From assembly GCF_030384885.1 (NCBI RefSeq), contig NZ_CP128613.1: a stretch of 64,000 bases of DNA. The stretch is one strand, 5' to 3'. The position numbers were made by a program, and so were the translations under genes. Numbering within the stretch: position 1 is the stretch's first letter; every line of letters starts with the position of its first letter. A model generated the notes under the pieces. The model saw nothing but the letters and a program-made list of their open reading frames with translations, ran no database searches and was not told where the DNA came from. The stretch is from Escherichia coli (GTDB lineage: Bacteria; Pseudomonadota; Gammaproteobacteria; Enterobacterales; Enterobacteriaceae). Below are positions 36,500 through 49,021 of this stretch, in pieces.

Positions 36500-37126
36500 A
36501 TGACCAAACCGTATGTTCGTCTCGATAAAAATGATGCTGCCGTTTTGCTTGTTGATCACCAGGCTGGTTTACTTTCCCTTGTACGGGATATTGAACCCGA
36601 TAAGTTTAAAAATAACGTGCTGGCGCTGGGTGATCTGGCTAAGTATTTCAACTTACCTACTATTCTTACCACCAGTTTTGAAACCGGCCCTAACGGCCCA
36701 TTAGTTCCGGAACTGAAAGCACAGTTCCCTGATGCACCTTACATTGCTCGCCCGGGAAATATTAACGCCTGGGATAACGAAGATTTTGTGAAAGCGGTAA
36801 AAGCGACAGGTAAAAAACAATTGATTATCGCTGGTGTGGTAACCGAAGTTTGCGTTGCGTTCCCGGCACTTTCGGCAATTGAAGAAGGGTTTGATGTCTT
36901 TGTCGTGACTGACGCGTCAGGAACCTTTAACGAAATTACCCGGCACTCGGCGTGGGATCGAATGTCGCAAGCGGGTGCGCAATTGATGACATGGTTCGGC
37001 GTGGCGTGCGAGCTGCATCGCGACTGGCGTAATGATATTGAAGGACTGGCGACGTTGTTCTCTAACCATATTCCTGATTATCGTAATTTGATGACCAGTT
37101 ATGACACGTTAACGAAGCAGAAATAA
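36500..37126 (+). CDS. ycaC: Isochorismatase-family hydrolase YcaC
   Basis: 208-aa ORF; RBS aaggagaag; conserved Cys in the ...VCVAFPA... region. Confidence 0.9.
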   Translation: MTKPYVRLDKNDAAVLLVDHQAGLLSLVRDIEPDKFKNNVLALGDLAKYFNLPTILTTSFETGPNGPLVPELKAQFPDAPYIARPGNINAWDNEDFVKAVKATGKKQLIIAGVVTEVCVAFPALSAIEEGFDVFVVTDASGTFNEITRHSAWDRMSQAGAQLMTWFGVACELHRDWRNDIEGLATLFSNHIPDYRNLMTSYDTLTKQK

Positions 37127-37130
37127 AAGA

Positions 37131-37154
37131 GAACCGGGGCCGAAACCCCGGTTG
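37131..37154. terminator. Hairpin terminator between convergent ycaC and dmsC
   Basis: ccggggc-cgaaa-ccccgg hairpin in the 34-bp gap between two convergent stops. Confidence 0.6.
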
Positions 37155-37160
37155 TTATGA

Positions 37161-38024
37161 TTAGCTTGCGACGGCCATTCCCACGGTCATATGCAAACCA
37201 TAGAATACGCCACGACCGATTAATTCCCCTGCCAGAAGCAGAATGAATGATACGGAAAGTAGCGGAACCGCAGGCTGATAACCTTTTAGCTGTGGGGCAA
37301 TCCACAAGCACAGGGCAACAGCCAAAAGCACGATCCGCCAGGACATCAGCGCACCATAGTCCGGCACCAGCGCTGCGGCCTGCTGCACAGAGCTATGAAT
37401 AGTCGCCAGCTCTGCGCCCTGCATCACTGACACCACGCCACTCACTACCAGGGCCAGTACAGAAATAGCTGGCAGCAGACGCATCGCCCAGCCATCGACG
37501 CCAGCCAGACTCAGTAACAGGTAACCCAGTAACGGGCCGCCCATGAACATCGTCAGGAAGAAGCCCATCGGTGTCCAGATGCTGTACCAGGTGGGTACGG
37601 TATCGATGCTGTTATAGACACGCACCATCATCCAGACAAAGACTACGCCAAGAACCATCGTCACCACCAGCCACAGCGTACGCAATGCCGGTGACAGCTT
37701 TTTCAGCATTGCCAGTAACCAGCCGATGCCACCAACAGCAAAAAAGATCGAACCGCTGGCGATTTCGTTACTGAGTGCTGAAGCCCCTACCCGGTTGAGC
37801 GAGTTAAAGGCGCGCATCGGTGAACCAAGATGAAGCATAGAGGCGATAAAGCCAATCCCCATCAGCACCCATAAGCCAAACATGCAGGCGATAACACGCT
37901 GCTGGGCTTCTGCTCGCAGGTCGCCTTTGAGCAGCGCCAAAGCCAGAACGATAAAACCACCTGCTACACATTGCCCGAAGACCGTGAAGATCATCAGCGG
38001 CCATTCATGCCATCCACTTCCCAT
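37161..38024 (-). CDS. dmsC: DMSO reductase membrane anchor subunit DmsC
   Basis: Track ORF 308 aa; start taken at ATG 38024 (MGSGWHEWPLMIFTVF..., 287 aa), 1 nt after the dmsB stop. Confidence 0.92.
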   Translation of the reverse strand: MGSGWHEWPLMIFTVFGQCVAGGFIVLALALLKGDLRAEAQQRVIACMFGLWVLMGIGFIASMLHLGSPMRAFNSLNRVGASALSNEIASGSIFFAVGGIGWLLAMLKKLSPALRTLWLVVTMVLGVVFVWMMVRVYNSIDTVPTWYSIWTPMGFFLTMFMGGPLLGYLLLSLAGVDGWAMRLLPAISVLALVVSGVVSVMQGAELATIHSSVQQAAALVPDYGALMSWRIVLLAVALCLWIAPQLKGYQPAVPLLSVSFILLLAGELIGRGVFYGLHMTVGMAVAS

Positions 38025-38025
38025 C

Positions 38026-38643
38026 TCACACCTCCTTCGGGTTTGCCAGATAGCCAGTGGTATCCCCGGTCGGGCGGCTGTTGGCATTGGGTTTGATCAC
38101 AATATTCGGTTTGGTAAAGTGAGCTCGCGGCAACGGCGCAACAGCCGCCAAATCGCCATGTTTTTTACGCAGCTCGTCGATAGGGCCGAAATCCAGCGCC
38201 CGCAGCGGGCAAGATTCAACACAGATCGGCTTCTTCCCCTCCGCAACACGGTCATAACAACCATCGCATTTGGTCATATGGCCTTTCGTTTCGTTATATT
38301 GCGGTGCGCCATACGGGCAAGCCATATGGCAGTAGCGGCAGCCAATGCACACATCTTCATCGACCACAACAAAACCATCTTCACGTTTATGCATCGCACC
38401 GCTCGGGCAGACTTTAGTACAAGCCGGATCTTCGCAGTGGTTACATGAAATCGACAGATAGTAGGCAAACACGTTCTGATGCCAGACACCGTTATCTTCC
38501 TGCCAGTCACCGCCAGCATATTCATAAATGCGGCGGAAGCTGACTTCCGGCGTCAGATCTTTATAGTCTTTACAGGCCAGCTCGCAGGTTTTGCAACCGG
38601 TGCAACGGCTGGAATCAATAAAAAATCCATACTGGGTTGTCAT
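38026..38643 (-). CDS. dmsB: DMSO reductase iron-sulfur subunit DmsB
   Basis: 205-aa ORF with four Cys clusters typical of 4Fe-4S ferredoxin-type subunits. Confidence 0.96.
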   Translation of the reverse strand: MTTQYGFFIDSSRCTGCKTCELACKDYKDLTPEVSFRRIYEYAGGDWQEDNGVWHQNVFAYYLSISCNHCEDPACTKVCPSGAMHKREDGFVVVDEDVCIGCRYCHMACPYGAPQYNETKGHMTKCDGCYDRVAEGKKPICVESCPLRALDFGPIDELRKKHGDLAAVAPLPRAHFTKPNIVIKPNANSRPTGDTTGYLANPKEV

Positions 38644-38653
38644 CGGTTACTCC

Positions 38654-41098
38654 TTACACCTTTTCAACCTGAACCAGGTTTGTATGTGACGGATTCCCCT
38701 TAGCGAGAGGAGACGGACGTTGAGTGGTCAGTACGTTAATACAACCGCCCTTATCGACACGTTTTGCATCCGGGTCATACCAGGCACCTTCACCCAGTGC
38801 GACCACACCCGGCATCATTCGTGGCGTCACTTTTGCCTCAATGTGAACCTCACCACGGTCGTTAAAGATCCTGACCTTATCGCCGTTGTTGATACCGCGT
38901 TTTTGTGCATCAAGCGGGTTGATCCACATTTCCTGACGGCAAGCTGCTTTCAGCACATCAACGTTGCCGTAAGTTGAGTGAACGCGAGATTTGTAGTGGA
39001 AGCCAGTAAGCTGCAGCGGATATTGTTTGTTCAGCGGATCCTGATAACTTTCAAAGCCCGGCGTGTAGATCGGCAGTGGATCGATCACGTCGCCTTCTGG
39101 CAATTCCCAGGTCGCGGCAATGTCAGCCAGCGCCTGCGAATAAATCTCAATTTTACCCGATGGCGTGGTCAGCGGATTTGCCTGCGGATCTTCACGGAAA
39201 GCTTTATAAGCAACGTGATGCCCTTGTGGGTCGCGCTTTTTAAAGATCCCCTGCTTGCGGAACTCTTCAAACGTTGGCAGTTCAGGAATCGCTTCCCGCG
39301 ACTGGGCATACAGATGCCGCATCCACTCTTCCTGTGTACGGCCTTCAGTAAACTGTTGCTCAACGCCAAGACGTTTTGCCAGTTCGCTGGTCATTTCATA
39401 GATGGTCTTACATTCAAAGCGCGGTTTAATCACCTGATCGTTGAAAATCACGTAAGACATATTCCCGCAGGATGCATCCAGTGCAAAGTCCATCTGTTCG
39501 GAAGCAGTGCAGTCAGGCAGCAGGATGTCAGCATATTTCGCCGATGAAGTCATGTGGCAGTCGATAACCACAATCAGCTCGCACTTCTTATCATCCTGAA
39601 GGATTTCATGGGTACGGTTGATTTCAGAATGCTGGTTAATCAGGCAGTTACCGGCATAGTTCCAGATCATTTTGATCGGCACATCCAGCTTATCTTTCCC
39701 GCGCACACCATCACGCAGCGCTGTCATTTCCGGGCCACGTTCAATGGCATCGGTCCACATAAACATCGAAATGCTGGTCTGGATCGGGTTTTCGAGGGTC
39801 GGCATACGGACAAAAGGTAAGCTGTATGAACCTTCACGCGCGCCGCTGTTGCCCCCGTTAATACCAACGTTACCGGTCAGAATCGCCAGCATCGAGATAG
39901 CACGGGTTGCGATTTCACCGTTAGCGTGACGCTGCGGGCCCCATCCCTGGCTGATAAACGCCGGTTTGGTACTACCGATTTCACGAGCCAATTTGATGAT
40001 TTTGTCTGCCGGAACACCGGTGATTTGCGAGGCCCATTCCGGCGTTTTAGCCACGCCATCTGGCCCTTCACCCAGAATATAAGCTTTATAGTGGCCATTT
40101 TTCGGTGCACTGGCTGGTAGGGTTTTCTCGTCGTAGCCAACGCAATATTTATCGAGGAATGCCTGATCCACCAGGTTTTCGGTGATCATGACATACGCCA
40201 GACCGTTAACCAGTGCGGCATCTGTTCCCGGACGAATAGGGATCCACTCATCTTCGCGCCCGGCACCGGTGTCAGTATAGCGCGGATCGATGATGATCAT
40301 GCGAGCATTAGATTTCTGGCGCGCCTGTTCAAGATAGTAAGTCACCCCACCGCCACTCATTCGCGTTTCGCCAGGGTTATTACCAAACAGCACTACCAGT
40401 TTACTGTTTTCGATATCCGACGGGCTGTTACCATCTGCCCAGCCGCCGTAGGTATAGTTCAAACCTTCCGCAATTTGCGCGGAAGAGTAGTCACCGTAAT
40501 GGTTCAGGTAACCGCCGCAGCAGTTCATCAGGCGAGCGACCAGGGTATTTCCCGGCGGCCAGGAGCGGGTCATGGTGCCGCCCAGCGTACCGGTACCATA
40601 GTTCAGATAGATAGACTCGTTGCCGTACTCTTTGATCAGGCGCTGCATATTGGTCGCGATGATGTCGTAGGCTTCTTCCCAGCTAATGCGCTCGAATTTG
40701 CCTTCACCGCGCGCCCCGACTCGTTTCATCGGATATTTCAGGCGGTCCGGATTGTAGACACGGCGACGCATGGAACGCCCACGCAGACAGGCGCGCACCT
40801 GGTGCAGGCCGTCATAGTTGTCATCGCCGGTATTATCCGTTTCAACATATTTAATTTCACCGTCCACAACGTGCATACGTAGCGGGCAGCGGCTACCACA
40901 GTTAACTGTACAGGCGCTCCAGATTACCTTTTCGTCTGACTTTGCCGGAAGGGCACTATCAACAGCGTGCGCAATCCGACTAAAAGGTAATGTTAATGCG
41001 CTGCTGGCCATTGCCAGGCCGCCGATCGCTGTCGTTTTTACCAAACCACGGCGACTCACCTCAGCAGCCAATACCGCATCAGGGATTTTCGTTTTCAT
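38654..41098 (-). CDS. dmsA: DMSO reductase catalytic subunit DmsA (molybdopterin)
   Basis: 814-aa ORF with N-terminal twin-arginine signal (SRRGLVKT...AHA). Confidence 0.96.
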   Translation of the reverse strand: MKTKIPDAVLAAEVSRRGLVKTTAIGGLAMASSALTLPFSRIAHAVDSALPAKSDEKVIWSACTVNCGSRCPLRMHVVDGEIKYVETDNTGDDNYDGLHQVRACLRGRSMRRRVYNPDRLKYPMKRVGARGEGKFERISWEEAYDIIATNMQRLIKEYGNESIYLNYGTGTLGGTMTRSWPPGNTLVARLMNCCGGYLNHYGDYSSAQIAEGLNYTYGGWADGNSPSDIENSKLVVLFGNNPGETRMSGGGVTYYLEQARQKSNARMIIIDPRYTDTGAGREDEWIPIRPGTDAALVNGLAYVMITENLVDQAFLDKYCVGYDEKTLPASAPKNGHYKAYILGEGPDGVAKTPEWASQITGVPADKIIKLAREIGSTKPAFISQGWGPQRHANGEIATRAISMLAILTGNVGINGGNSGAREGSYSLPFVRMPTLENPIQTSISMFMWTDAIERGPEMTALRDGVRGKDKLDVPIKMIWNYAGNCLINQHSEINRTHEILQDDKKCELIVVIDCHMTSSAKYADILLPDCTASEQMDFALDASCGNMSYVIFNDQVIKPRFECKTIYEMTSELAKRLGVEQQFTEGRTQEEWMRHLYAQSREAIPELPTFEEFRKQGIFKKRDPQGHHVAYKAFREDPQANPLTTPSGKIEIYSQALADIAATWELPEGDVIDPLPIYTPGFESYQDPLNKQYPLQLTGFHYKSRVHSTYGNVDVLKAACRQEMWINPLDAQKRGINNGDKVRIFNDRGEVHIEAKVTPRMMPGVVALGEGAWYDPDAKRVDKGGCINVLTTQRPSPLAKGNPSHTNLVQVEKV

Positions 41099-41268
41099 AA
41101 TGGCTCACTCAAGCTTGCTCACGATTGATTCCAGTAACAAACCGTATTGTGTAATTATTTCTATAGCAGTTCGCTATATAGGCTTGTATATATCGAATGA
41201 TTTGAAAATCAAAGAGATAGGTAGATTTTCACTCGAAAGTAGTATTACGTGTTAGTGAGGAGTAATTA

Positions 41269-41282
41269 TTGTTCGGTATCAA
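41269..41282 (-). promoter_or_regulatory. FNR-type site in the dmsA promoter
   Basis: Minus strand reads TTGATaccgAACAA, the TTGAT-N4-ATCAA pattern with one mismatch in the right half, about 175 nt upstream of the dmsA ATG; dmsABC is an FNR-activated anaerobic operon. Confidence 0.6.
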
Positions 41283-41290
41283 AGGGAGAC

Positions 41291-41316
41291 AAAAAAAGCG
41301 CCCGCAGGCGCTTTTT
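41291..41316 (-). terminator. Intrinsic terminator downstream of serS
   Basis: gcgcc-cgca-ggcgc hairpin flanked by A7 and T5 (effectively bidirectional), 21 nt after the serS stop. Confidence 0.8.
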
Positions 41317-41336
41317 AGATTCAGAAAAATTGGGTA

Positions 41337-42650
<1,314 letters not shown>

Positions 42651-42719
42651 TTAAATGGGAGATGTGGCCACAGCCTGCGACCACAGGGATACAGTAACAA
42701 CATTACCGCAACGATAACA

Positions 42720-44063
42720 TTAACGGTAGCGTTTTATGGGGCTATTTTGATCCTGTTCAGCCAGCCAGGCGAGCTTTTCGCCAATCTTGCCTTCAAGGCC
42801 CCTGTTTGTCGGGAAATAATAGCGTGTTTGTGCTATTTCCGGCGGGAAGTAAACCTCACCGGCAGCATAAGCGTTTGCTTCATCATGAGCATAACGATAT
42901 TCCTGACCGTAGCCCATTTCCTTCATTAATTTTGTCGGCGCATTACGCAAATGAACCGGCACGTCATAATCCGGACGTTCGCGAGCATCGGCCAGCGCGG
43001 CTTTAAATGCGGTATAGACAGCGTTACTTTTTGGCGCGCAGGCCAGGTAAACAATCGCCTGAGCAATGGCACGTTCACCTTCAGCCGGACCAACGCGAGT
43101 AAAGCAATCCCAAGCCGCAATTGCCACCTGCATCGCTCGTGGATCAGCATTACCCACATCTTCCGACGCTATCGCCAGACAGCGACGCGCGACATATAAC
43201 GGATCGCCTCCGGCGGTAATAATTCGCGCATACCAGTACAGCGCCGCATCGGGTGCGCTACCACGTACCGACTTATGCAGTGCGGAAATGAGATCGTAAA
43301 AGCGATCGCCTTTGTTATCAAAGCGGGCGCTACGTTCACCGGCGATTTCGGTCAGTAATTCAGGTTTCAGGACCCGCTTACCGCTATCATCGACTTCGGC
43401 CATATCCGCCATCATTTCCAACGTATTTAACGCCCGGCGCGCGTCGCCATTCACCAGTTCAGCAATGGCGCGTCGTGTTTCATCTGGCAGAACAATATCC
43501 TGACCACCATAGCCACGGGTTTTGTCTTCCATCGCCTGAGTCAGTACTTGCTCAATATCCTCTGTACTGAGGGATTTCAGCAGATAGACACGGGCACGGG
43601 AAAGCAGTGCCGAATTAAGCTCAAATGACGGGTTTTCAGTGGTTGCACCAATAAAAGTGATGGTACCGTCTTCAATATGTGGCAGAAATGCATCCTGCTG
43701 ACTTTTGTTGAAACGGTGAACTTCGTCAACAAAAAGAATAGTGCGGCGACCAGCATTGCGGTTTTGCCGAGCGCGCTCGATCGCCTCACGAATCTCTTTC
43801 ACGCCAGAGGTGACGGCAGAAATACGTTCCACATCAGCGTTCGCATAACGGGCTATAACTTCAGCGAGGGTTGTTTTGCCGGTACCCGGTGGCCCCCAGA
43901 GGATCATAGAATGCAAATGCCCGGCTTCGATAGCGCGCGGCAATGGCTTCCCGGCAGCCAGCAAATGTTGCTGGCCGATATACTGTGCTAAATTTTCTGG
44001 CCGCATACGCGCGGCCAGAGGTTGAAAAGTATTATCCGAAAAATCGAGCGACAGATTGCTCAC
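42720..44063 (-). CDS. rarA: Replication-associated recombination protein RarA (MgsA), AAA+ ATPase
   Basis: 447-aa ORF beginning at GTG; Walker [10 protein letters not shown]. Confidence 0.94.
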
Positions 44064-44073
44064 TCAGGTGCCT

Positions 44074-44685
44074 CTACTTACGTTGATCATCTACCGTGAC
44101 GCCTTGCGGCGGGGTGAAGGTAAATTTCGCTGCATCCACAGCCCCATTTTGCTGGGATTTCAGCTGATAACTGCTGCGCTGATCGTCCTGCTCCACCGCG
44201 CTAAACTGATGGATTGTGCCATCACGCCCTACGTTAATGGTGAACTGCTTCAAATTGCCATTGCTGGCTTTCGGCGTCAGGACAAAGTCATCGCCATTCT
44301 GTTTGATATTGTACTGCTGCCAGTCGCTGGACTGGTTGCGGGCAATCAGCATAAACGGCGTATTACCGGTGGCATCTTTCAGCCAGGTTGCCGTAGCTTG
44401 CTCAACGAACGGGTTATAGAACCACAGTGTTTTACCGTCAGAAACCAGAATGCTTTCGTCAGGTTGAGTCATATGCCAGTTGAATAAGTTTGGACGTTTC
44501 ACCCACAGATCGCCCTGACCTTCCTGCACCGCCGCACCGCTACCGTCAGTCACTTTTTGTGTGAAGCTGGCGTGGAAGCTGCTGACTTTATCCAGACGGC
44601 TTTTCAGATCGCTTGCGGCATCAGCCCAAACGCTGCTTGCTACTAAGCTTGAGAGTAATGCACAGGTGATGGCAATTTTTTTCAT
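44074..44685 (-). CDS. lolA: Outer-membrane lipoprotein carrier protein LolA
   Basis: Track ORF 204 aa; start taken at the second ATG ([21 protein letters not shown], signal peptide). Confidence 0.93.
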
Positions 44686-44795
44686 CATTATTCCTCAAAT
44701 TACGTCACTCCCGACCGGGAGCTCCCTCTACTCTCTATTCCAGGCTAATAATCAGCTTGAGGAAAGAAGAAAATACTGAATTTTCAGTTACCAGA

Positions 44796-44833
44796 TTGCC
44801 GGATGCGACGCTACCGCGCCTTATCCGGCATAC
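44796..44833. repeat. REP (repetitive extragenic palindromic) element
   Basis: gccggatgcgacgctaccgcgccttatccggcatac matches the canonical enterobacterial REP form; sits just downstream of the ftsK stop. Confidence 0.8.
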
Positions 44834-44843
44834 GATGCATTAA

Positions 44844-47800
44844 TTAGTCAAACGGCGGTGGGGCCAGCACTTCACGATTACCGTTGTGCCCCTGTTCGCT
44901 GACAATCCCTTGCGCTTCCATCTGTTCGATAATACGCGCTGCACGGTTATAACCAATGCGGAACTGACGCTGTACGCCTGAAATTGACGCTTTGCGTTTT
45001 TCAATGACAAACTGCACCGCCTGATCGAACAACGGATCCAATTCTTCAGCGCCATCGAAACCACCCGCACCACCTTCGCTTTCGCTGTCGGAGGTGATGC
45101 CGTCAACATACTGTGGGCGACCACGCGCTTTCCAGTCCTGCACCACGGCATGAACTTCCTGATCGCGAACAAAAGCACCATGAACACGTACCGGCAACGT
45201 GGAGTTCGGCCCAGAGTAAAGCATATCCCCCATACCCAGCAGTGATTCCGCGCCAGCCTGATCAAGAATGGTACGTGAGTCAATCTTACTGGATACGGTA
45301 AAGGCGATACGGGTCGGAATATTCGCTTTAATCAGACCAGTAATAACATCAACCGATGGACGCTGAGTTGCCAGTACGAGGTGGATACCCGCGGCACGGG
45401 CTTTTTGCGCCAGACGTGCTATCAGCTCTTCCACTTTTTTACCTACCGTCATCATCAGGTCGGCAAATTCGTCCACCAACACCACAATGTACGGTTCCTT
45501 TTTCAGCACCGGATGCTGCGCATCCATACTGTCACCCGGCTTCCAGTACGGGTCTGGAATCGGACGCATCATGCGATCGGCTTCAGCAATTTTTTCGTTA
45601 TAACCCGCCAGATTACGCACACCCAGTGCAGACATCAGTTTATAACGACGCTCCATCTCGTTAACACACCAGCGCAGCGCGTTGGCGGCATCTTTCATAT
45701 CGGTAACGACTTCCGTTAACAGGTGCGGAATGCCTTCATAAACCGAAAGCTCCAGCATTTTCGGGTCGATCATGATGAAACGCACATCTTCTGGCTGTGC
45801 TTTATAAAGCATGCTCAGGATCATCGCGTTCACACCGACAGACTTACCGGAACCGGTAGTCCCCGCAACCAACAAGTGCGGCATTTTCGCCAGATCGGCA
45901 ACCACCGGCTCACCGGCGATATCTTTACCCAGCACCACGGTTAATGGCGACGGATTATCGCGGAATTTGGCGTTATCCAAAACTTCGCGCAGATAAACGG
46001 TTTGTCGTTTTTTATTCGGTAACTCCAGACCTACATAGGGTTTGCCAGGAATAACTTCAACGACACGCACCGCCACCGTCGAAAGTGAACGGGCAAGGTC
46101 ACGAGACAAGTTAGAAATGCGCGCCGCTTTTACGCCCGGTGCCAGGTTTAATTCAAAGCGAGTGATAACCGGCCCCGGAGAGTAATTGACGACATCGGCT
46201 TTAATACGGAAATCAGCCAGACGCGCTTCCACCAGACGCGCCATTTGTTCAAGCGCAAAGGTATCTACCGGCTCCACTTCGCTCGGCGGCGGTGTCAGCA
46301 AATCCAGAGAAGGCAGCGGCGTCGTCGGTTTATGCAACGGACGGCTGTCGCCATTACGCATCAACAGCGGATGAAGCAGGGTATCCTGCGGCTGCGGCGC
46401 AACCGGTTGTTGTGGCTGCTGATACTGCGGCTGCGGCGCAACTGGCTGTTGCGGCTGCTGATATTGCTGCTGTGGTGCAACCGGCTGTTGCGGCTGCTGA
46501 TATTGCTGCTGCGGTGCAACCGGTTGTTGTGGCTGCTGATATTGCGGCTGCTGATATTGTTGCTGCGGTGCAATCGGTTGTTGCGGCTGCTGTACAGGTT
46601 CAACAATTGGCGTAAACAACGGTTCGTGTGGACCATCATCCAGCAACGCTTTCATTGGCGAAAATTCAAAATCATCCAGCGAGAACGGATTCGCCCCAGC
46701 CGGTTGTTCGCCCGAATAACGTTGCTGTTGAGTTTGAGCAAACTGACGAGCCAGTTCTGCCTCTGCTGCAGCATCTGTATCTTCTGCGTTGACTGGCACA
46801 TCATGTTGATACTGTTCGCCATAGCGTTGCTGCTGCGTCTGGGCGAACTGACGCGCCAGTTCATCCTGCTGCATCGCATCGATTTCATCATCGTTATACT
46901 GATCGCCGGAATCGTACTGATTGCGCTGGGCTTCACGGGCTTTTTCTTCTGCTGCACGCTGTGAGGGCAGCTTAATACCGTAAGACGCCAGTTCACGACG
47001 AGTTGGCACGCGGATGCGTTTCGGTCGTGGCAACTGCGGGCCAATCCCCTCTTTGACCTGCGGACGCGGTCCAGCGCTATTTGCCAGACTGAAAACTGGC
47101 GCGGCAACGGTTGCGGCAGCCCCCGTCGCCAGTGTCGCTTTTTTCACACCAGATGCCAGCGGAGAAACAGCGGCAGCGGCTTCTACTGGAGGTACTGCTG
47201 CAACAGAAGGTGCTTTCAGCGAAGATTTGATCGATTCCGGTTCTTTAACCGGTTCTGGAATCGGTTGATACCAGGCCGCAAGTTGTTCACGTTCACGGGC
47301 TCGCTTCTCTTCCACTTCTTCAAAATAGTAAAGCGGCGGACGCGTGGGTTTTGTCTCTTCTACAACGGGTTCAGGCTCCACAACAGGCTGCTGTTCAACG
47401 GGTTGCGGCTGTTGGTACAACGGCTCCTGAGCGGCTGGCTGCTGATAAGTTTGCTCAGTCTGGTATGTAGACTGTGGAGCAAAAGTGGATTGCTGCTCTT
47501 CGGCTTGCCAGGCGTTACCTGCCATCGATTGTTCTGGCGCAGGGGCGTAATACGGCTGTTGCGCAGACTGTTCCGCCGCAGTTGTGTAATACGGCTGCTG
47601 AACAGGTTGTTCCGCCGCAGGAGCGTAGTAAGGTTGTTGCACAGGTTGTTCCGCCGCAGGCGCATAATACGGCTGCTGTGGCTGTACAGGTTGTTGCAGC
47701 GGCTCATTATATTGCACTGCAGGCTGCGCATATTGTGGCTGCTGAGGGTAACCTTCCGGTGCAGGAGCAATAACCGGCTCTCCCGTTTGTGGCCCCGGTA

Positions 47801-48887
47801 CAGGCTGCCAGGCTACTGTAGGTTGCGCAGGTGGAACATCAACAGAGGCAACTGGCGGCGTCTGAGTCACAGGTTCAACCGGTGCAGCCCAGCTTTGTGT
47901 CGCCGTGGAAGCAGCAGCTGCTACAGCAACAGGTTCGGTAATTGGCGCACCGTTTAATAATGGATCGTATTCGTCATATTCTGGCTGCGTTGCACGATTG
48001 CCCGAAAAGAGGACGTCGTCAGGGTCGGCAGCCACACCGCGTGCAGTGTAGGTAATCTCTTCTTCATCATCCATCCGCTTACCGGAGAACAACGCAGCAT
48101 CTGTTTGCCGCCCCATCGGATTAATAAATTTTTCCGCCAACCGTTTACGACGCGCTAACGCGCCGCGAAGAATACGGGCACGGCGCGATTCATGCTGTTT
48201 GCCGTGATTTTCATCTTCATATTCTTCGTCGTCTTCATACTCATCTTCATCGACCCAGGTATCATCGCGACGGGTACGATTACTGGCGAAGGTGAGAATG
48301 TTTAAAATCCAGCCGCCAAGTTTTTCAGCAATGGTCACCCATGACCAACCGGTAAACAGTGTCAGGCCCGCCGCCCAAACGCAGAGCAGCGCAATAGTTC
48401 CCCCGCTACTGTGTAGCAGTGGTTGTAGCGTAGTGCTTAGTAAGCTGCCGATGACGCCACCGGAGGCAAAATACCAGATATCGTCAGCGTTGATTGCCGC
48501 CAGACCACAAGAGGTAAGGATGAGCGCCAAAACGCCAATGATGCGTAGCGAAACGGCAAAATAATCAATGTATTCGTCACTGGACTGATGACGCCAGGCA
48601 AACCAACAGCCGCCGACGATAATGACGGGAATGGTGTAAGCCATCACGCCAAAAATAAAGAACAGCGTATCTGCCAGCCACGCACCGGGCATCCCACCTA
48701 AATTATGGATAGGTTCATGCCAGGCCGTTTGCGACCAGCTGGGGTCCGAAGGGTTAAAGCTTAGTAAGGCAGCCATCAACCAGACGGCAAACAGGACAAT
48801 AAGGATCAGCAACGCCTCCAGAAGGCGGCGGCCGCTACTTAACTTTGTCAATGTGACTTCTTTGTCTTCAGTGTATTCCTGGCTCAA
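44844..48887 (-). CDS. ftsK: DNA translocase FtsK
   Basis: 1347-aa ORF beginning at TTG 48887 with GGAG upstream; N-terminal TM domain, long Pro/Gln-rich linker with tandem repeats, C-terminal motor with Walker A GTTGSGKS. Confidence 0.95.
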   Translation of the reverse strand: MSQEYTEDKEVTLTKLSSGRRLLEALLILIVLFAVWLMAALLSFNPSDPSWSQTAWHEPIHNLGGMPGAWLADTLFFIFGVMAYTIPVIIVGGCWFAWRHQSSDEYIDYFAVSLRIIGVLALILTSCGLAAINADDIWYFASGGVIGSLLSTTLQPLLHSSGGTIALLCVWAAGLTLFTGWSWVTIAEKLGGWILNILTFASNRTRRDDTWVDEDEYEDDEEYEDENHGKQHESRRARILRGALARRKRLAEKFINPMGRQTDAALFSGKRMDDEEEITYTARGVAADPDDVLFSGNRATQPEYDEYDPLLNGAPITEPVAVAAAASTATQSWAAPVEPVTQTPPVASVDVPPAQPTVAWQPVPGPQTGEPVIAPAPEGYPQQPQYAQPAVQYNEPLQQPVQPQQPYYAPAAEQPVQQPYYAPAAEQPVQQPYYTTAAEQSAQQPYYAPAPEQSMAGNAWQAEEQQSTFAPQSTYQTEQTYQQPAAQEPLYQQPQPVEQQPVVEPEPVVEETKPTRPPLYYFEEVEEKRAREREQLAAWYQPIPEPVKEPESIKSSLKAPSVAAVPPVEAAAAVSPLASGVKKATLATGAAATVAAPVFSLANSAGPRPQVKEGIGPQLPRPKRIRVPTRRELASYGIKLPSQRAAEEKAREAQRNQYDSGDQYNDDEIDAMQQDELARQFAQTQQQRYGEQYQHDVPVNAEDTDAAAEAELARQFAQTQQQRYSGEQPAGANPFSLDDFEFSPMKALLDDGPHEPLFTPIVEPVQQPQQPIAPQQQYQQPQYQQPQQPVAPQQQYQQPQQPVAPQQQYQQPQQPVAPQPQYQQPQQPVAPQPQDTLLHPLLMRNGDSRPLHKPTTPLPSLDLLTPPPSEVEPVDTFALEQMARLVEARLADFRIKADVVNYSPGPVITRFELNLAPGVKAARISNLSRDLARSLSTVAVRVVEVIPGKPYVGLELPNKKRQTVYLREVLDNAKFRDNPSPLTVVLGKDIAGEPVVADLAKMPHLLVAGTTGSGKSVGVNAMILSMLYKAQPEDVRFIMIDPKMLELSVYEGIPHLLTEVVTDMKDAANALRWCVNEMERRYKLMSALGVRNLAGYNEKIAEADRMMRPIPDPYWKPGDSMDAQHPVLKKEPYIVVLVDEFADLMMTVGKKVEELIARLAQKARAAGIHLVLATQRPSVDVITGLIKANIPTRIAFTVSSKIDSRTILDQAGAESLLGMGDMLYSGPNSTLPVRVHGAFVRDQEVHAVVQDWKARGRPQYVDGITSDSESEGGAGGFDGAEELDPLFDQAVQFVIEKRKASISGVQRQFRIGYNRAARIIEQMEAQGIVSEQGHNGNREVLAPPPFD
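46388..46592 (-). repeat. In-frame 39-bp tandem repeats within the ftsK linker (about 5 units, [13 protein letters not shown]-like)
   Basis: Direct reading: a ctgcggYgcaaYcggYtgttgYggctgctgataYtgc unit recurs head to tail. Confidence 0.85.
47540..47700 (-). repeat. Second in-frame 39-bp tandem repeat array in the ftsK linker (about 4 units, [13 protein letters not shown]-like)
   Basis: Direct reading: a gYRtaatacggctgYtg...ggttgttccgccgcag unit repeats four times. Confidence 0.85.
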
Positions 48888-49021
48888 GAAAGGCTCTCCA
48901 GGTTACAGGCTTTTCCTGCCCGATGCTAAAACGGACAACAGTACCAGGTTACCCCAGTACTGTTGCTGTATGGATTAACAGGAGTGTAATCAAAATACGC
49001 CGATTTTGCACCTGTTCCGTG

